A stretch of 64,000 nucleotides of DNA, taken from NCBI GenBank assembly GCA_963847705.1, contig CAWKBC010000030.1:192001-256000 (forward strand), read 5' to 3'. How positions within the stretch are numbered: position 1 is the stretch's first letter; the number at the start of each line of letters is the position of its first letter. The DNA is from an uncultured Pseudomonadota bacterium (GTDB lineage: Bacteria; Myxococcota_A; Polyangia; Fen-1088). Below, piece by piece: positions 51,562 through 61,205 of the stretch. The position numbers and the translations under genes were made by a program. Below the pieces are notes generated by a model. It saw only the letters and a program-made list of their open reading frames with translations, had not been told where the DNA came from and did no database searches.

Positions 51562-52606
51562 ACGACTTCTGGAGCTCGTCGAGGGCGGCGCTGCCGGGGC
51601 AGAGCTTTTCGTAGGGGACCTGCGACAGCGGGACCTCGGTGGTGCCGCTGATGTCGTGCATGTCGCGCGAGTTGGTGTCGACGAAGAAGAGGCCGGTCGG
51701 GACCTCACCCTTGGAACGGTGACGCACGACCTCGTCGGCGGCCGACTGCCGATTGCCCGTGTCGTAGTCCTCCGCCAGCTTGCGCAGCCGGACGGTGCTG
51801 CCGTCGTGCAGCTTCACGCTGACCGCCGAGCCGGGGGCGTACTCGGTGGTGATCTCGGCGGCCGGCGGCACGAAGTCGGCGCTGATGATGGGCAACATCT
51901 TCTTGCGCGTGTTGAGGTAGCTCTTGGTCGACCCCTCGTGATCGTTGAAGGTCACGCAGGGGGAGATGACGTCGATGATGGCGAACCCCTTGTGTGAGAG
52001 GCCCGCCTTGAGGATGGGGACCAGCTGACCCTTGTCACCGGAGAAGGCGCGCGCCACGAAGCTGGCCCCCAGCTCCAGCGCCAGCGAGACGGGGTCGATG
52101 GGGCTGTACTGGTTGGCCTCGCCGCGCTTGCTCTTGGTGCCGATGTCGGCCGAGGCGGAGAACTGCCCCTTGGTGAGGCCGTAGACGCCGTTGTTCTCGA
52201 TCACGTAGAGCATGTCGAGGTTGCGGCGGATGGCGTGCACCAGCTGGCCGACGCCGATCGACAGCGAATCGCCGTCGCCCGAGATGCCGAGGTAGGTGAG
52301 CTCGCGGTTGGCGGCGTTGGCGCCTGTTGCGATGGAAGGCATGCGGCCATGGGCGGAGTTGAAGCCGTGCGCCCCCCCCACGAAGTAGGTGGGCGTCTTC
52401 GAGGAGCAGCCGATGCCGGAGAGCTTGGCGATCATGTGGGGCGGCGTCTCCAGCTCGTAGAACGCGCGGACGATGGCGGCGGTGACCGAGTCGTGGCCGC
52501 AGCCGGCGCAGAGGGTCGAGGGCGCCCCCTCGTAGTCACGGATGGTGAGCCCCAGCTTGTTGGGGCGCAGGTGGGGATGGATGACGGCTGGCTTCAACGA
52601 CGGCAT
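51554..52606 (-). CDS. 2-oxoacid:ferredoxin oxidoreductase beta subunit
   Basis: CAGCGH, SGIGCS, HGR, TPP motif GDGD...NGVYGLTKGQ, SPCVTFN. Confidence 0.95.
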   Translation of the reverse strand: MPSLKPAVIHPHLRPNKLGLTIRDYEGAPSTLCAGCGHDSVTAAIVRAFYELETPPHMIAKLSGIGCSSKTPTYFVGGAHGFNSAHGRMPSIATGANAANRELTYLGISGDGDSLSIGVGQLVHAIRRNLDMLYVIENNGVYGLTKGQFSASADIGTKSKRGEANQYSPIDPVSLALELGASFVARAFSGDKGQLVPILKAGLSHKGFAIIDVISPCVTFNDHEGSTKSYLNTRKKMLPIISADFVPPAAEITTEYAPGSAVSVKLHDGSTVRLRKLAEDYDTGNRQSAADEVVRHRSKGEVPTGLFFVDTNSRDMHDISGTTEVPLSQVPYEKLCPGSAALDELQKSFR

Positions 52607-52608
52607 GG

Positions 52609-54453
52609 CTAGATGTTTCCTTGCTCCCGCTGGGTCCGCTCCCGCTGGGTCCGTTCGAGCTGGGCGGTGATTCCGTCGATCACGTGGCGGGCCGACAGTG
52701 GAAACCCGCCGTAGATCAGCACCGACGAGAACTTCTCCTTCGGCGCGCTGGTCTCCATCGTCAAGAGCGTGCGCAGCTGGGCGTCGCGGTTCTGCTCGAT
52801 GACGAAGACGCGCTCGTGGGCGGCCAGGAAGGACTCCACCTCGGCGCCGAACGGGAAGCCGCGCACGCGCAGGTAGTCGGCGATGATCCCCCGCTCGGCC
52901 AGCGCCTCGACCGCCTCGCGCACCGCCGGGTCACAACCGCCCAGCGAGATGATCCCGAACGCCGCGTCGACCTGCTTGTGCAGGATCGGCGCCGGGACGG
53001 CCGCCGCGGCCGCCTTGTGCTTCTTGGCCAGGCGGTCCATCACCTCCTGGTACTCGTCGGGGACCTCGGTGTAGCCGCCCAGCTTGTTGTGCCCCGAGCC
53101 GCGCGTGAAGAAGGCGCCCTTGCTGTGGACGCCCGGCAGCGTGCGGGCGGCGACGTGGTCGGCGTTCTCCGGCGAGTAGCGGAAGAACTTGGTCATCTTC
53201 TCCAGCTCCGCCGCGGCCAGGACGCGCCCGCGGTTCGGGCGGTAGCTGTCGTCCCACTTGAGCCGCGGGCAGACCCAGTCGTTCATCCCGATGTCGAGAT
53301 CGGAGAGGAGAAACACCGGCGTCTGGAAGCGCTCGGCCAGGTCGAAGGATTCGACCGCCATGGTGAAGCACTCGGCCGGGCTCGAGGGGAAGAGCAGGAT
53401 GTGCTTGGTGTCGCCGTGCGAGGCGTAGGCGCAGGCCAGGATGTCCCCCTGCTGCGTGCGGGTCGGCATCCCGGTGGAAGGTCCGGTGCGCTGGACGTCG
53501 ACGATCACCGCGGGGATCTCGGCGTAGTAGGCCAGGCCGATCAGCTCGCCCATGAGCGAGATGCCGGGGCCGGCCGTGGAGGTGAAGGCGCGGGCGCCGT
53601 TCCAGGAGGCGCCGATCACCATCCCGATCGCGGCCAGCTCGTCCTCGGCCTGGACGATGCAGTAGTTGTTCTTGCCCGTCTCGGGATCCTTGCGGTACTC
53701 CGCGCAGAGCTCCTTGAACGAATCCATCACGCTGGTGGCCGGGGTGATCGGGTACCAGGCGGCCACGGTGGCGCCGGCGTAGACGCAGCCGAGCGCCGTC
53801 GCGGTGTTGCCGTCGATCAGGATTCGATCGTCGGTGGCGTGCATCTTCTCCAGGCGAATCGGCAGCGGGCACTCGAAGTTCTCGATGGCGAAGTCGTAGC
53901 CCGCGCGCAGCGCCTTGTGGTTCGAATCCCTCAGCGCCTTCTTTTTAGAGAACTTCTCCTCGAGCAGCTCGTCGATGACACCCATGTCGATGTCGAGCAG
54001 CGCCACCAACGTCCCGAGGTAAGCGATGTTCTTCATCAGGATCCGCTCGCGCGAATCGGTGAAGATCTCGTTGCACATCCGGGCCAGCGGCACGCCCAGG
54101 AAGGTGACGTCGGGGCGTGCCAGCGCGGCCTCGAGCGGCCAGCTCGAATCGTAGAGCAGCGCGCCGCCCGAGCGGACCTCCTTGACGTCGCGGGCGTAGG
54201 TCTCGACGTTCATGGCGATGACCAGGTCGTAGTCGAGCGCGCGCGCCGTGTGGCCGGCCTTGCTGACCCGCACCTCGTACCAGGTCGGCAGCCCCTGAAT
54301 GTTGGAGGGGAACAGGTTCTTCCCCGAGACGGGGATCCCCATCCGGAAGATCGCCTGCATCAGCAATCCGTTGGCGCTCGCCGACCCGGTCCCGTTGACG
54401 TTGGCCAGCTTGAGCGCGAAGTCGTTGGTTCTGATCACCTGCCGCTGATGCAC
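52609..54453 (-). CDS. 2-oxoacid:ferredoxin oxidoreductase alpha subunit
   Basis: WYPITP, QAEDE, TAGPGISLM, QRTGPSTGMPT, EQN. Confidence 0.95.
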   Translation of the reverse strand: MHQRQVIRTNDFALKLANVNGTGSASANGLLMQAIFRMGIPVSGKNLFPSNIQGLPTWYEVRVSKAGHTARALDYDLVIAMNVETYARDVKEVRSGGALLYDSSWPLEAALARPDVTFLGVPLARMCNEIFTDSRERILMKNIAYLGTLVALLDIDMGVIDELLEEKFSKKKALRDSNHKALRAGYDFAIENFECPLPIRLEKMHATDDRILIDGNTATALGCVYAGATVAAWYPITPATSVMDSFKELCAEYRKDPETGKNNYCIVQAEDELAAIGMVIGASWNGARAFTSTAGPGISLMGELIGLAYYAEIPAVIVDVQRTGPSTGMPTRTQQGDILACAYASHGDTKHILLFPSSPAECFTMAVESFDLAERFQTPVFLLSDLDIGMNDWVCPRLKWDDSYRPNRGRVLAAAELEKMTKFFRYSPENADHVAARTLPGVHSKGAFFTRGSGHNKLGGYTEVPDEYQEVMDRLAKKHKAAAAAVPAPILHKQVDAAFGIISLGGCDPAVREAVEALAERGIIADYLRVRGFPFGAEVESFLAAHERVFVIEQNRDAQLRTLLTMETSAPKEKFSSVLIYGGFPLSARHVIDGITAQLERTQRERTQREQGNI

Positions 54454-54486
54454 GTTTTTGTCCCTGCTTTGCCTTGCCTGCTTGGC

Positions 54487-56328
54487 CTATTGTCCGGAGG
54501 CGGGGACGTGGGGCGGGTGTTCGCCCCCTTTGGCGAGAGACGCAGCCGGGATGACCCCGGTTCCGTTCGGACGTTGCCCGGCCTTGGGAAGAATGAGCTC
54601 GACCCGCGCCATGTCCCAGGCCGCCGTGGGGCAGCGCTCGGCGCAGAGGCCGCAGTGGACGCAGACGTCCTCGTCCTTGACCATCACCCGGCCGGTCTGG
54701 GGCAGCCCGCCCGACACGAAGATCGCCTGGGTGGTGTTGGTCGCCGGCACGGTCAGTCGCTGGCGCAGCTCCGGCTCCTCGCCGTTGGCGGTGATGGTCA
54801 GGCAGCTGGTCGGGCAGACGTCGACGCAGGCGTCACACTCGATGCAGCGCTTGTCGGTGAACGCCGTCTGCACGTCGCAGTTGAGGCAGCGCTCGACCTC
54901 GCGCGCGGTCTGCTCGTGGTCGAAGCCCATCTCCACCTCGATCGAGAGCTGCTTGAAGCGCTCCTTGAGGTCGACGTGCTTCATCTTCGCCCGGTGGGCG
55001 GTGTTGTAGTCGTTGCTGTACGACCACTCGGTGAGCCCCATCTTCTGCGTGACCAGGTTCATGTGCGCGGCCGGCCGCTCGGTGAGCGCGAGCCCCTGGC
55101 AGTGGTTGTGGATCGAGATCGCCGCTTCGTGCCCGTGCGCGACGGCCCAGATGATGTTCTTGGGGCCCCAGGCCGCGTCGCCGCCGAAGAAGACCCCCGG
55201 CCGCGTCGACGACATCGTCTTCTCGTCGACCTTGGGCATGTCCCACTTGCCGAACTCGATGCCGATGTCGCGCTCGATATAGGGGAAGGCGTTCTCCTGG
55301 CCGATGGCCACGATGACGTCGTCGGCCGGGAGAATCACCTTCTCCGTTCCCGAACCGCTGGCGGCCGGCCGCTCGAACTCCATGCCGACCAGCTTCCCCT
55401 TCTCCAGGACGAACCGGGTCGGGACGTGATTGACCAGGATGTCGACCTGCTCTTCTTCCGCGTCCTCCAGCTCCCAGGGCGAGGCCTTGAAGTGCTGGCG
55501 GTCGCGGCGGGCCATCACCTTGACGTCCTTGCCGCCCAGGCGCCGCGCCGTGCGGCAGCAGTCCATCGCGGTGTTGCCGACGCCGATGATGAGGACGTGC
55601 TCGCCGATCGAGCCGATGTGGTCGAAGGCGACGCTCTCCAGCCAGTCGATGCCGATGTGGATCCGCTCGGCCGCTTCCTTGCGTCCGGGCAGATCGAGAT
55701 CCTTGCCGCGCGGCGCGCCGGAGCCGATGAAGACCGCATCGAAGCGTTCGGAGTTCCCTGGCCCGAGCAGCGCCTTCAGGCTCTGCACGGGTGTGCCGTA
55801 GCGGACGTCGACGCCCTGGTCGACGATCATGGCGATCTCTTCGTCGAGCACGTGGGCCGGTAACCGGAAGCTGGGGACGTTCGTCCGCATCAGGCCACCC
55901 GGTCGCGTGTTCTTCTCGAACACCACGACCTCGTAGCCGAGCGGCATCAGATCGTTGGCCACCGTGAGCGAGGCTGGACCGGCGCCGATGCAGGCGACGC
56001 GCTTTCCGTTCTTCGTCGCCGGCGCCTTGGGGAGCCGCGCGCTGATGTCACCCTTGAGGTCGGCGGCCACCCGCTTGATGCGGCAGATGGCCACCGGCTT
56101 CTCCTCGACGCGCACCCGGCGGCAGGCCGGCTCGCACGGGCAATCGCAGGTGCGCCCGAGAATCCCCGGGAAGACGTTGGAGTCGCGGTTGAGCAGATAG
56201 GCGTCGTCGTAGCGCCCCTGCGCGACCATGCGGATGTACTCCGGCACGTTGGTGTGCGCGGGACAGGCCCACTGGCAGTCGACCACCTTGTGAAAGTAGT
56301 CGGGGTTGCGAACGTCTGTAGGCTTCAC
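54487..56328 (-). CDS. GltD-like FAD/NAD(P) oxidoreductase with C-terminal 2x[4Fe-4S] domain
   Basis: CQWACP, GAGPA, GVGNTAMD, CIECDACVDVCP, CVHCGLCAERCP. Confidence 0.92.
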   Translation of the reverse strand: MKPTDVRNPDYFHKVVDCQWACPAHTNVPEYIRMVAQGRYDDAYLLNRDSNVFPGILGRTCDCPCEPACRRVRVEEKPVAICRIKRVAADLKGDISARLPKAPATKNGKRVACIGAGPASLTVANDLMPLGYEVVVFEKNTRPGGLMRTNVPSFRLPAHVLDEEIAMIVDQGVDVRYGTPVQSLKALLGPGNSERFDAVFIGSGAPRGKDLDLPGRKEAAERIHIGIDWLESVAFDHIGSIGEHVLIIGVGNTAMDCCRTARRLGGKDVKVMARRDRQHFKASPWELEDAEEEQVDILVNHVPTRFVLEKGKLVGMEFERPAASGSGTEKVILPADDVIVAIGQENAFPYIERDIGIEFGKWDMPKVDEKTMSSTRPGVFFGGDAAWGPKNIIWAVAHGHEAAISIHNHCQGLALTERPAAHMNLVTQKMGLTEWSYSNDYNTAHRAKMKHVDLKERFKQLSIEVEMGFDHEQTAREVERCLNCDVQTAFTDKRCIECDACVDVCPTSCLTITANGEEPELRQRLTVPATNTTQAIFVSGGLPQTGRVMVKDEDVCVHCGLCAERCPTAAWDMARVELILPKAGQRPNGTGVIPAASLAKGGEHPPHVPASGQ

Positions 56329-56602
56329 TCGGACGAGCTCACGAGCAAAAAACAGAGAAGAAATGACCAGGCATGCGACCAGCGTTCATGGGGAGCGGGG
56401 CCGGATCTACGCCTATGGAGGCGCGAACGCAAGCGGGCGGCAATTCGTTGCAAGGGTACCACGACGGTCATCCAGAGCCATTCTTGGAGGTCCGACGTCC
56501 GCTCCCCGGCGGCTCGACCGTGGCCGCTGGCGCGCCGGCCGATTCCCGCGCAAGCTTCGCCCCGAAAACAGGAAGTTCAACGGTACGGAAAAGGAGAACG
56601 TC

Positions 56603-57241
56603 ATGGCGCTTCACATTGGCAGCTTGGCCCCCGACTTCGAGCAAGACTCGACCGAGGGGAAGATCAACTTTCATCAGTACCTGGGCGACAAGTGGGGGGT
56701 GCTGTTCTCGCACCCGGCCGACTTCACGCCGGTCTGCACGACCGAGCTCGGCCGCGTCGCCAAGCTCAAGCCTGAGTTCGACAAGCGCAACGTGAAGGTG
56801 ATCGCGCTCTCGGTCGATCCGCTCGCCTCCCACAAGGGCTGGGTGGGGGACATCGAGGAGACGCAGGGCACCAAGGTGAACTTCCCGATCCTGGCCGACG
56901 GCGACAAGAAGGTCGCGACGCTCTACGACATGATCCACCCCGAGGTGAGCGACACGTCCACCGTCCGCTCGGTCTTCGTGATCGACCCCAAGAAGAAGAT
57001 CCGCCTCATCATCACCTACCCGGCCAGCGCGGGCCGCAACTTCGACGAGATCCTGCGGGTCATCGACTCGCTTCAGCTGACCGACAGCCATTCGGTCGCC
57101 ACGCCGGTCGACTGGAAGGACGGCCAGGACGTGGTGATCGTCCCGTCGCTGAAGGACCCGGAGATCATGAAGCAGAAGTTCCCCAAGGGCTGGAAGGAGA
57201 TCAAGCCCTACCTCCGGATGACCCCGCAGCCCAACAAGTAA
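56603..57241 (+). CDS. 1-Cys peroxiredoxin (Prx6)
   Basis: FSHPADFTPVCTTE, YPASAGRNFDE; AAGGAG RBS. Confidence 0.96.
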   Translation: MALHIGSLAPDFEQDSTEGKINFHQYLGDKWGVLFSHPADFTPVCTTELGRVAKLKPEFDKRNVKVIALSVDPLASHKGWVGDIEETQGTKVNFPILADGDKKVATLYDMIHPEVSDTSTVRSVFVIDPKKKIRLIITYPASAGRNFDEILRVIDSLQLTDSHSVATPVDWKDGQDVVIVPSLKDPEIMKQKFPKGWKEIKPYLRMTPQPNK

Positions 57242-57328
57242 GCCTCTCCGGCTCAGGGAGGCGGCCGCTGCCACGAGCGCACGGCCGCCGCGGGGCGCAG
57301 GCCCTCGTCGTCCCGGAGGCGCGCGCGG

Positions 57329-59113
57329 TTACTTGCAGACGAACGACGTGACCGTCGTCGCGGCGAGGGCAGCGCTGAAGCTCCCGCCGTTCACCGTGAC
57401 TGCAGTCCCGGAGGTGAGGTTGGCGCTGGCCGACGTCACCCAGGGGGTGCACGACGCCGGCGCCGTGCCGCCCGCGATGGCGATCGGCACGGTCTGCGAC
57501 CCGGTGCCGTTGTTGATGGCCACGACGACCACCGTGCCGTCCGACCCCTTGTAGGCCGAGAGCAGGACGCCCGATGGCGCGCTGCCCGTCACGTCCACCC
57601 GGGTGTAGCCCGGGCGGACGAACTTGCTGTAGTTGCCGAGCGTGTAGTGGCGCTTGGTGTCGGTTCCGCTCTTGAGGTACAGGCCCTCGTTGTCGTCGGT
57701 TCCGCTCGCCTGATACCACCACCAGAGCCAAGCCGACGCATTGCCGTCCACCAGCGCCGAGTGAATCCAACCGGCGACCGCGACCCCGTTGTTGATGTCG
57801 CTGCTCGGCCCTTGCTCCGGCCACCACTTCACGCCGGACATCTCGGTCTGCCAGACCTCTTTGTTGGGCTTGCCGCCGTTGACGTCGCTCGGCCAGGGCA
57901 TCGCCACCTGAGAGTCGTACTCGTGCACGCCGAGAATGTCGAAAGCCGCCCAGGCCGTCGCGTCCTTGGCCAGGTAGTGGCCATAGTCGTATCCCATGCC
58001 GGAGGTGCACGTGGAGGCGCAACTGTTGGTGTTCTTGTCCGGGAAGCAGCCGCACTTCAAAGGATCCGAGCTCTCGTGGCCGGCGACATCGGGTCCGGCG
58101 GAGACGTTGGACCAGGTGTGGAGCCACTCCGAGGCCTCGGGCGCGATGACCTTGACGCCCTTCGCTTGCAACTTCGGCCCGGCCACCTTCACCCAGGCCA
58201 CCGTCTCGGTGGCGGTGAACAGCGTCGTGTCGTAGTCGCCGTTGCAGGGATCGGAGGTTCCACACGAAGCGAAATCGGGCTCGTTGCCGATCGACATGGC
58301 GTAGAAGCCGTTGCTGCCCGCGAAGTTGGCGATCGTCGTCGACCAGGAGTCATAACAACTCGACAACAAGTGTCCGCCGTCGTCGATGCTGTTGTTGGTC
58401 TTGCAGTTCGCGGGCGGGCTCCAGACCGACCCGATGAGCTTTGCGCTCGAGCCGGCGTTGGTCTTCAGGGCGGAGATGTTGCTCGACTCGAAGCTGTTGT
58501 AGAAGGCGCCCGAGGGGTTCATGCCGGTGCGCAGGATGGTCAAGCCCAGGCCGCTGCCCGACGTGCTGAAGAGCCCGCTCGCCTGCGAGCTGGTAAATTG
58601 CGTACCCCAGTTGTCGTTGATGCCGAAGCCCTCGATCGTCTGCTCCGTCTGAGCAAGCTGCACCGTCACGCTGGACGACGAGCCCCCACCGACGCCGCCG
58701 GTCGCGCTGCCGCCGGTCCCCGTGGTGCCGCCCGTTGCGGAGGAGCCGCCGCTGCCTTGTCCCGCCGCACCGCCGGTGCTGGTCGCGCCGCCTGTTCCGG
58801 TCGCGCCGCCCGTCGCTGCGTTCCCACCCGTTCCGTTGGAGCCGCCGGTCCCGGTCGTTCCGCCGGTGGCGTGTCCGCCTGTTCCCGTGGAGCCGCCCGT
58901 CGCCACGTTTCCACCCGTTCCGTTGGAGCCGCCGGTCCCGGTCGTTCCGCCGGTGGCATGTCCGCCTGTTCCCGTGGAGCCACCTGTCGCCGAGTTACCG
59001 CCCGTTCCAGTTCCGGTGGAGCCGCCCGTTCCCGCTCCGCCGCTGCTTGTGCCGCAGCCGCAGGCAAAGATTGCGCTCGCCAAAATTACGCTGCCAAGTC
59101 TGGTCTTGCCCAC
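57329..59113 (-). CDS. GH30 lipoprotein with Gly/Thr linker (paralogue of 33558-35201)
   Basis: EGFG, WSPP, GNEPD, WQTE, YSKFVRPG; GGAGG before GTG 59113. Confidence 0.88.
   Translation of the reverse strand: MGKTRLGSVILASAIFACGCGTSSGGAGTGGSTGTGTGGNSATGGSTGTGGHATGGTTGTGGSNGTGGNVATGGSTGTGGHATGGTTGTGGSNGTGGNAATGGATGTGGATSTGGAAGQGSGGSSATGGTTGTGGSATGGVGGGSSSSVTVQLAQTEQTIEGFGINDNWGTQFTSSQASGLFSTSGSGLGLTILRTGMNPSGAFYNSFESSNISALKTNAGSSAKLIGSVWSPPANCKTNNSIDDGGHLLSSCYDSWSTTIANFAGSNGFYAMSIGNEPDFASCGTSDPCNGDYDTTLFTATETVAWVKVAGPKLQAKGVKVIAPEASEWLHTWSNVSAGPDVAGHESSDPLKCGCFPDKNTNSCASTCTSGMGYDYGHYLAKDATAWAAFDILGVHEYDSQVAMPWPSDVNGGKPNKEVWQTEMSGVKWWPEQGPSSDINNGVAVAGWIHSALVDGNASAWLWWWYQASGTDDNEGLYLKSGTDTKRHYTLGNYSKFVRPGYTRVDVTGSAPSGVLLSAYKGSDGTVVVVAINNGTGSQTVPIAIAGGTAPASCTPWVTSASANLTSGTAVTVNGGSFSAALAATTVTSFVCK
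58805..59008. repeat. 87-bp tandem repeat (about 2.3 copies) in the linker
   Basis: CCACCCGTTCCGTTGGAGCC at 58824 and 58911; 29-aa unit. Confidence 0.85.
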
Positions 59114-59188
59114 GTCGGCCTCCGGTCGGTGCCTGGTTTGGTTTCTCTCTAACGACCTAATCAATTCCCTCAATCACACCCGCGGATC

Positions 59189-59217
59189 GCCGCGACCGCG
59201 CTGTTCGCGGTCGCGGC
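59189..59217. other. Perfect 12-bp intercistronic stem-loop
   Basis: GCCGCGACCGCG-CTGTT-CGCGGTCGCGGC, no U-tract on the coding strand. Confidence 0.7.
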
Positions 59218-59228
59218 CTGGTTCGCTC

Positions 59229-61205
59229 TCACGGCGCGACGACGGTCGCCCATCCGTTGCTCGGCATCGAGAACGAGAGCTTCTGGCCCTTGATCTGGAC
59301 GACGTAGGTCGACGCGCTGCCGGAGTTGTACATGACCGCGACCTCGCTGCCGTCCGGGTTCTTGAAGGCGATGGCGTCGCCGCCGCTGGTCGTCACCACC
59401 TTCGCGCCGATCTGGACGTACTGCGCGCAGTGCCGGAACACGTAGTAAGCCGGCGTGATGATCAGCGCCTTCGAGGAGGTGTTCACCGTCAGCAGCGCGT
59501 CCTGCGCCCACGACCGGGTCGTGTCGTTCCCCTTGCCGACCGTGTCGAGCACCATGTTCCAGGCGTTGTAGGCGGTCACGCCCGCCTTGGTGATCGCGTT
59601 GCGGATGTAGTCCCAGGACTCGACGCCGTAGGCCTGATCGTTGGGCGCCGGCTCCACGTACTTCGCGAAGGGCAGGCCGGTCCCCGAGTTGGTCCCGGTC
59701 GGGTTCCACGGGTAGTTGCCGCACTTGTGCTCGGTCGCCCAGACCGGGAGGCCGCTGGTCATGAAGTTCGACTGACCGACGCCGCTGCTGAGACCCTCAT
59801 AGAGGTCCAGCATGCCCCACTGCAGGCCCATCACCTTGGGGATCGCCTTGGCGGCCGAGTCGGCCTCCACGGCCTGGACCACCTTCAGATCGAAGCTGGT
59901 GGCGCCATTGTCGCCGTTGGACATCGTGCCGAGCATGATCTTGGTGCTGCCGGAGCTGGGGAACGCCGTCGCCAGCGGGCCCTTGAAGAAGGAGACGTAG
60001 TCCGCGGTGTTCCACAGGCAAGACGGATAGCCCTGCGCGTAGTTGGGCTCGTTCTGCGGCGCGAGCGTGTCGATGGTGATCCCCTGCCCGCCGTAAGCCG
60101 TCACCCACTTGGAGAGATAGGTGGCGAGGGCCGTCAGGTTCGCGCTGGTGGCGTTCATGCAGCCGCCATCGAAGTTCGTGCTGCCCACCTTGGCGCACGA
60201 GGTGCCGTTGGAGTTGCTGCCGCTGAACGTCTTCATCCAGGTCGGCGGGGTCCACGGGCTGGCCCAGAACCGGAGGCTGGGATTCACCTTCATCGCCGCC
60301 TTGACGTACGGGATGAGGTACTTCTGGTCCTGGGTGATGGAGAAGCTGCTCAGGCTGGTGTCGCCCGAGGTCTCGTCGTCGGTGTAACGCGCGAGCGCGT
60401 AGTCGCTGGCGCCGATCGGGATGCGCCCGATGCCGAAGTGGGCGGCGTCCGTACCGAACAGCAGGTCGAGCGCCTTGGCCTGATCGCTCGCGCTGAGCTC
60501 CAGCAGGTAGTTCCAGCCCATCTCATTGAAGGCCCCGCCGAAGCCCTCCCAGGTCTGCATCGTCGACGAGTCATTGACGGTCACGGTCGCGCTGCCGGTC
60601 GAGGTGGTCAACGTTCCGGTCTGCCAGTAGGTGCTGGCGCCGGTCGCGCCGTAGGAGGTGATCACAAGAGGCTGGGCCGGTGCCGTGCCGCCCGTTCCCG
60701 GCGCCGATCCACCGGTTCCGGTGCTGCTGCCACCCGTACCGGGGGCGCCGCCAGTGGCGCCGCCACCGGAGCCGCCAGTGGCGCCGCCGGTTCCCGGCGA
60801 TGATCCGCCGGTTCCGCTGCCACCCGTACCATGGGAGCCGCCGGTGGAGCCGCCGCTGCCGGGCGTGCCCCCGGTTCCGCTGATGGCGCCGCCGGTCCCG
60901 GTCGTCCCGCCGGTGGAGCCGCCACAGCTCTGGCCGCTCGGACACTGGCACTGGCTGTTCTGACAGGTTTCTCCGTTCGAACAGGGGCTGCCGCAGCCGC
61001 CGCAGTTCGCCGAGTCCGACGCGGTGTCGACACAGGTCGAGCCACAGAGCGTCTGGGTGGCGGAACAGGCGTTCCCGCTGTTTCCACCCGTGTTGCCCGG
61101 GCTTCCCCCGGTGCTGGAGTTACCGCCCTGCGAGCTGCTGCAAGCGGCGGTGAGGATTGCCAAGCCAAGACCCAAGAGCGATACGCGTGCGTTAGTCATC
61201 ACCAC
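59229..61205 (-). CDS. GH30 (glucosylceramidase/beta-1,6-glucanase-like) lipoprotein with Cys-rich module
   Basis: GFGGAFNE, RIPIGASDY, ASPWTPPTWMK, QNEP, ATE, WNMVLD; N-terminal CVD...NCGGCG.C module. Confidence 0.88.
   Translation of the reverse strand: MVMTNARVSLLGLGLAILTAACSSSQGGNSSTGGSPGNTGGNSGNACSATQTLCGSTCVDTASDSANCGGCGSPCSNGETCQNSQCQCPSGQSCGGSTGGTTGTGGAISGTGGTPGSGGSTGGSHGTGGSGTGGSSPGTGGATGGSGGGATGGAPGTGGSSTGTGGSAPGTGGTAPAQPLVITSYGATGASTYWQTGTLTTSTGSATVTVNDSSTMQTWEGFGGAFNEMGWNYLLELSASDQAKALDLLFGTDAAHFGIGRIPIGASDYALARYTDDETSGDTSLSSFSITQDQKYLIPYVKAAMKVNPSLRFWASPWTPPTWMKTFSGSNSNGTSCAKVGSTNFDGGCMNATSANLTALATYLSKWVTAYGGQGITIDTLAPQNEPNYAQGYPSCLWNTADYVSFFKGPLATAFPSSGSTKIMLGTMSNGDNGATSFDLKVVQAVEADSAAKAIPKVMGLQWGMLDLYEGLSSGVGQSNFMTSGLPVWATEHKCGNYPWNPTGTNSGTGLPFAKYVEPAPNDQAYGVESWDYIRNAITKAGVTAYNAWNMVLDTVGKGNDTTRSWAQDALLTVNTSSKALIITPAYYVFRHCAQYVQIGAKVVTTSGGDAIAFKNPDGSEVAVMYNSGSASTYVVQIKGQKLSFSMPSNGWATVVAP

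Noticed and set aside
52623-52652. 15-bp tandem duplication (ERTQR twice) at the oxidoreductase alpha C-terminus
   Set aside because: In-frame slippage in a tail region, probably neutral.
52621-55863. 1080-aa + strand ORF, and similar long shadow ORFs (6040-7602, 28551-30440, 31219-33318, 58722-60803)
   Set aside because: Antisense mirrors of real genes, expected from high-GC codon bias; no motifs.
51554-56328. GltD-like + 2-oxoacid oxidoreductase alpha/beta trio as a novel system
   Set aside because: A well-known, widespread arrangement.
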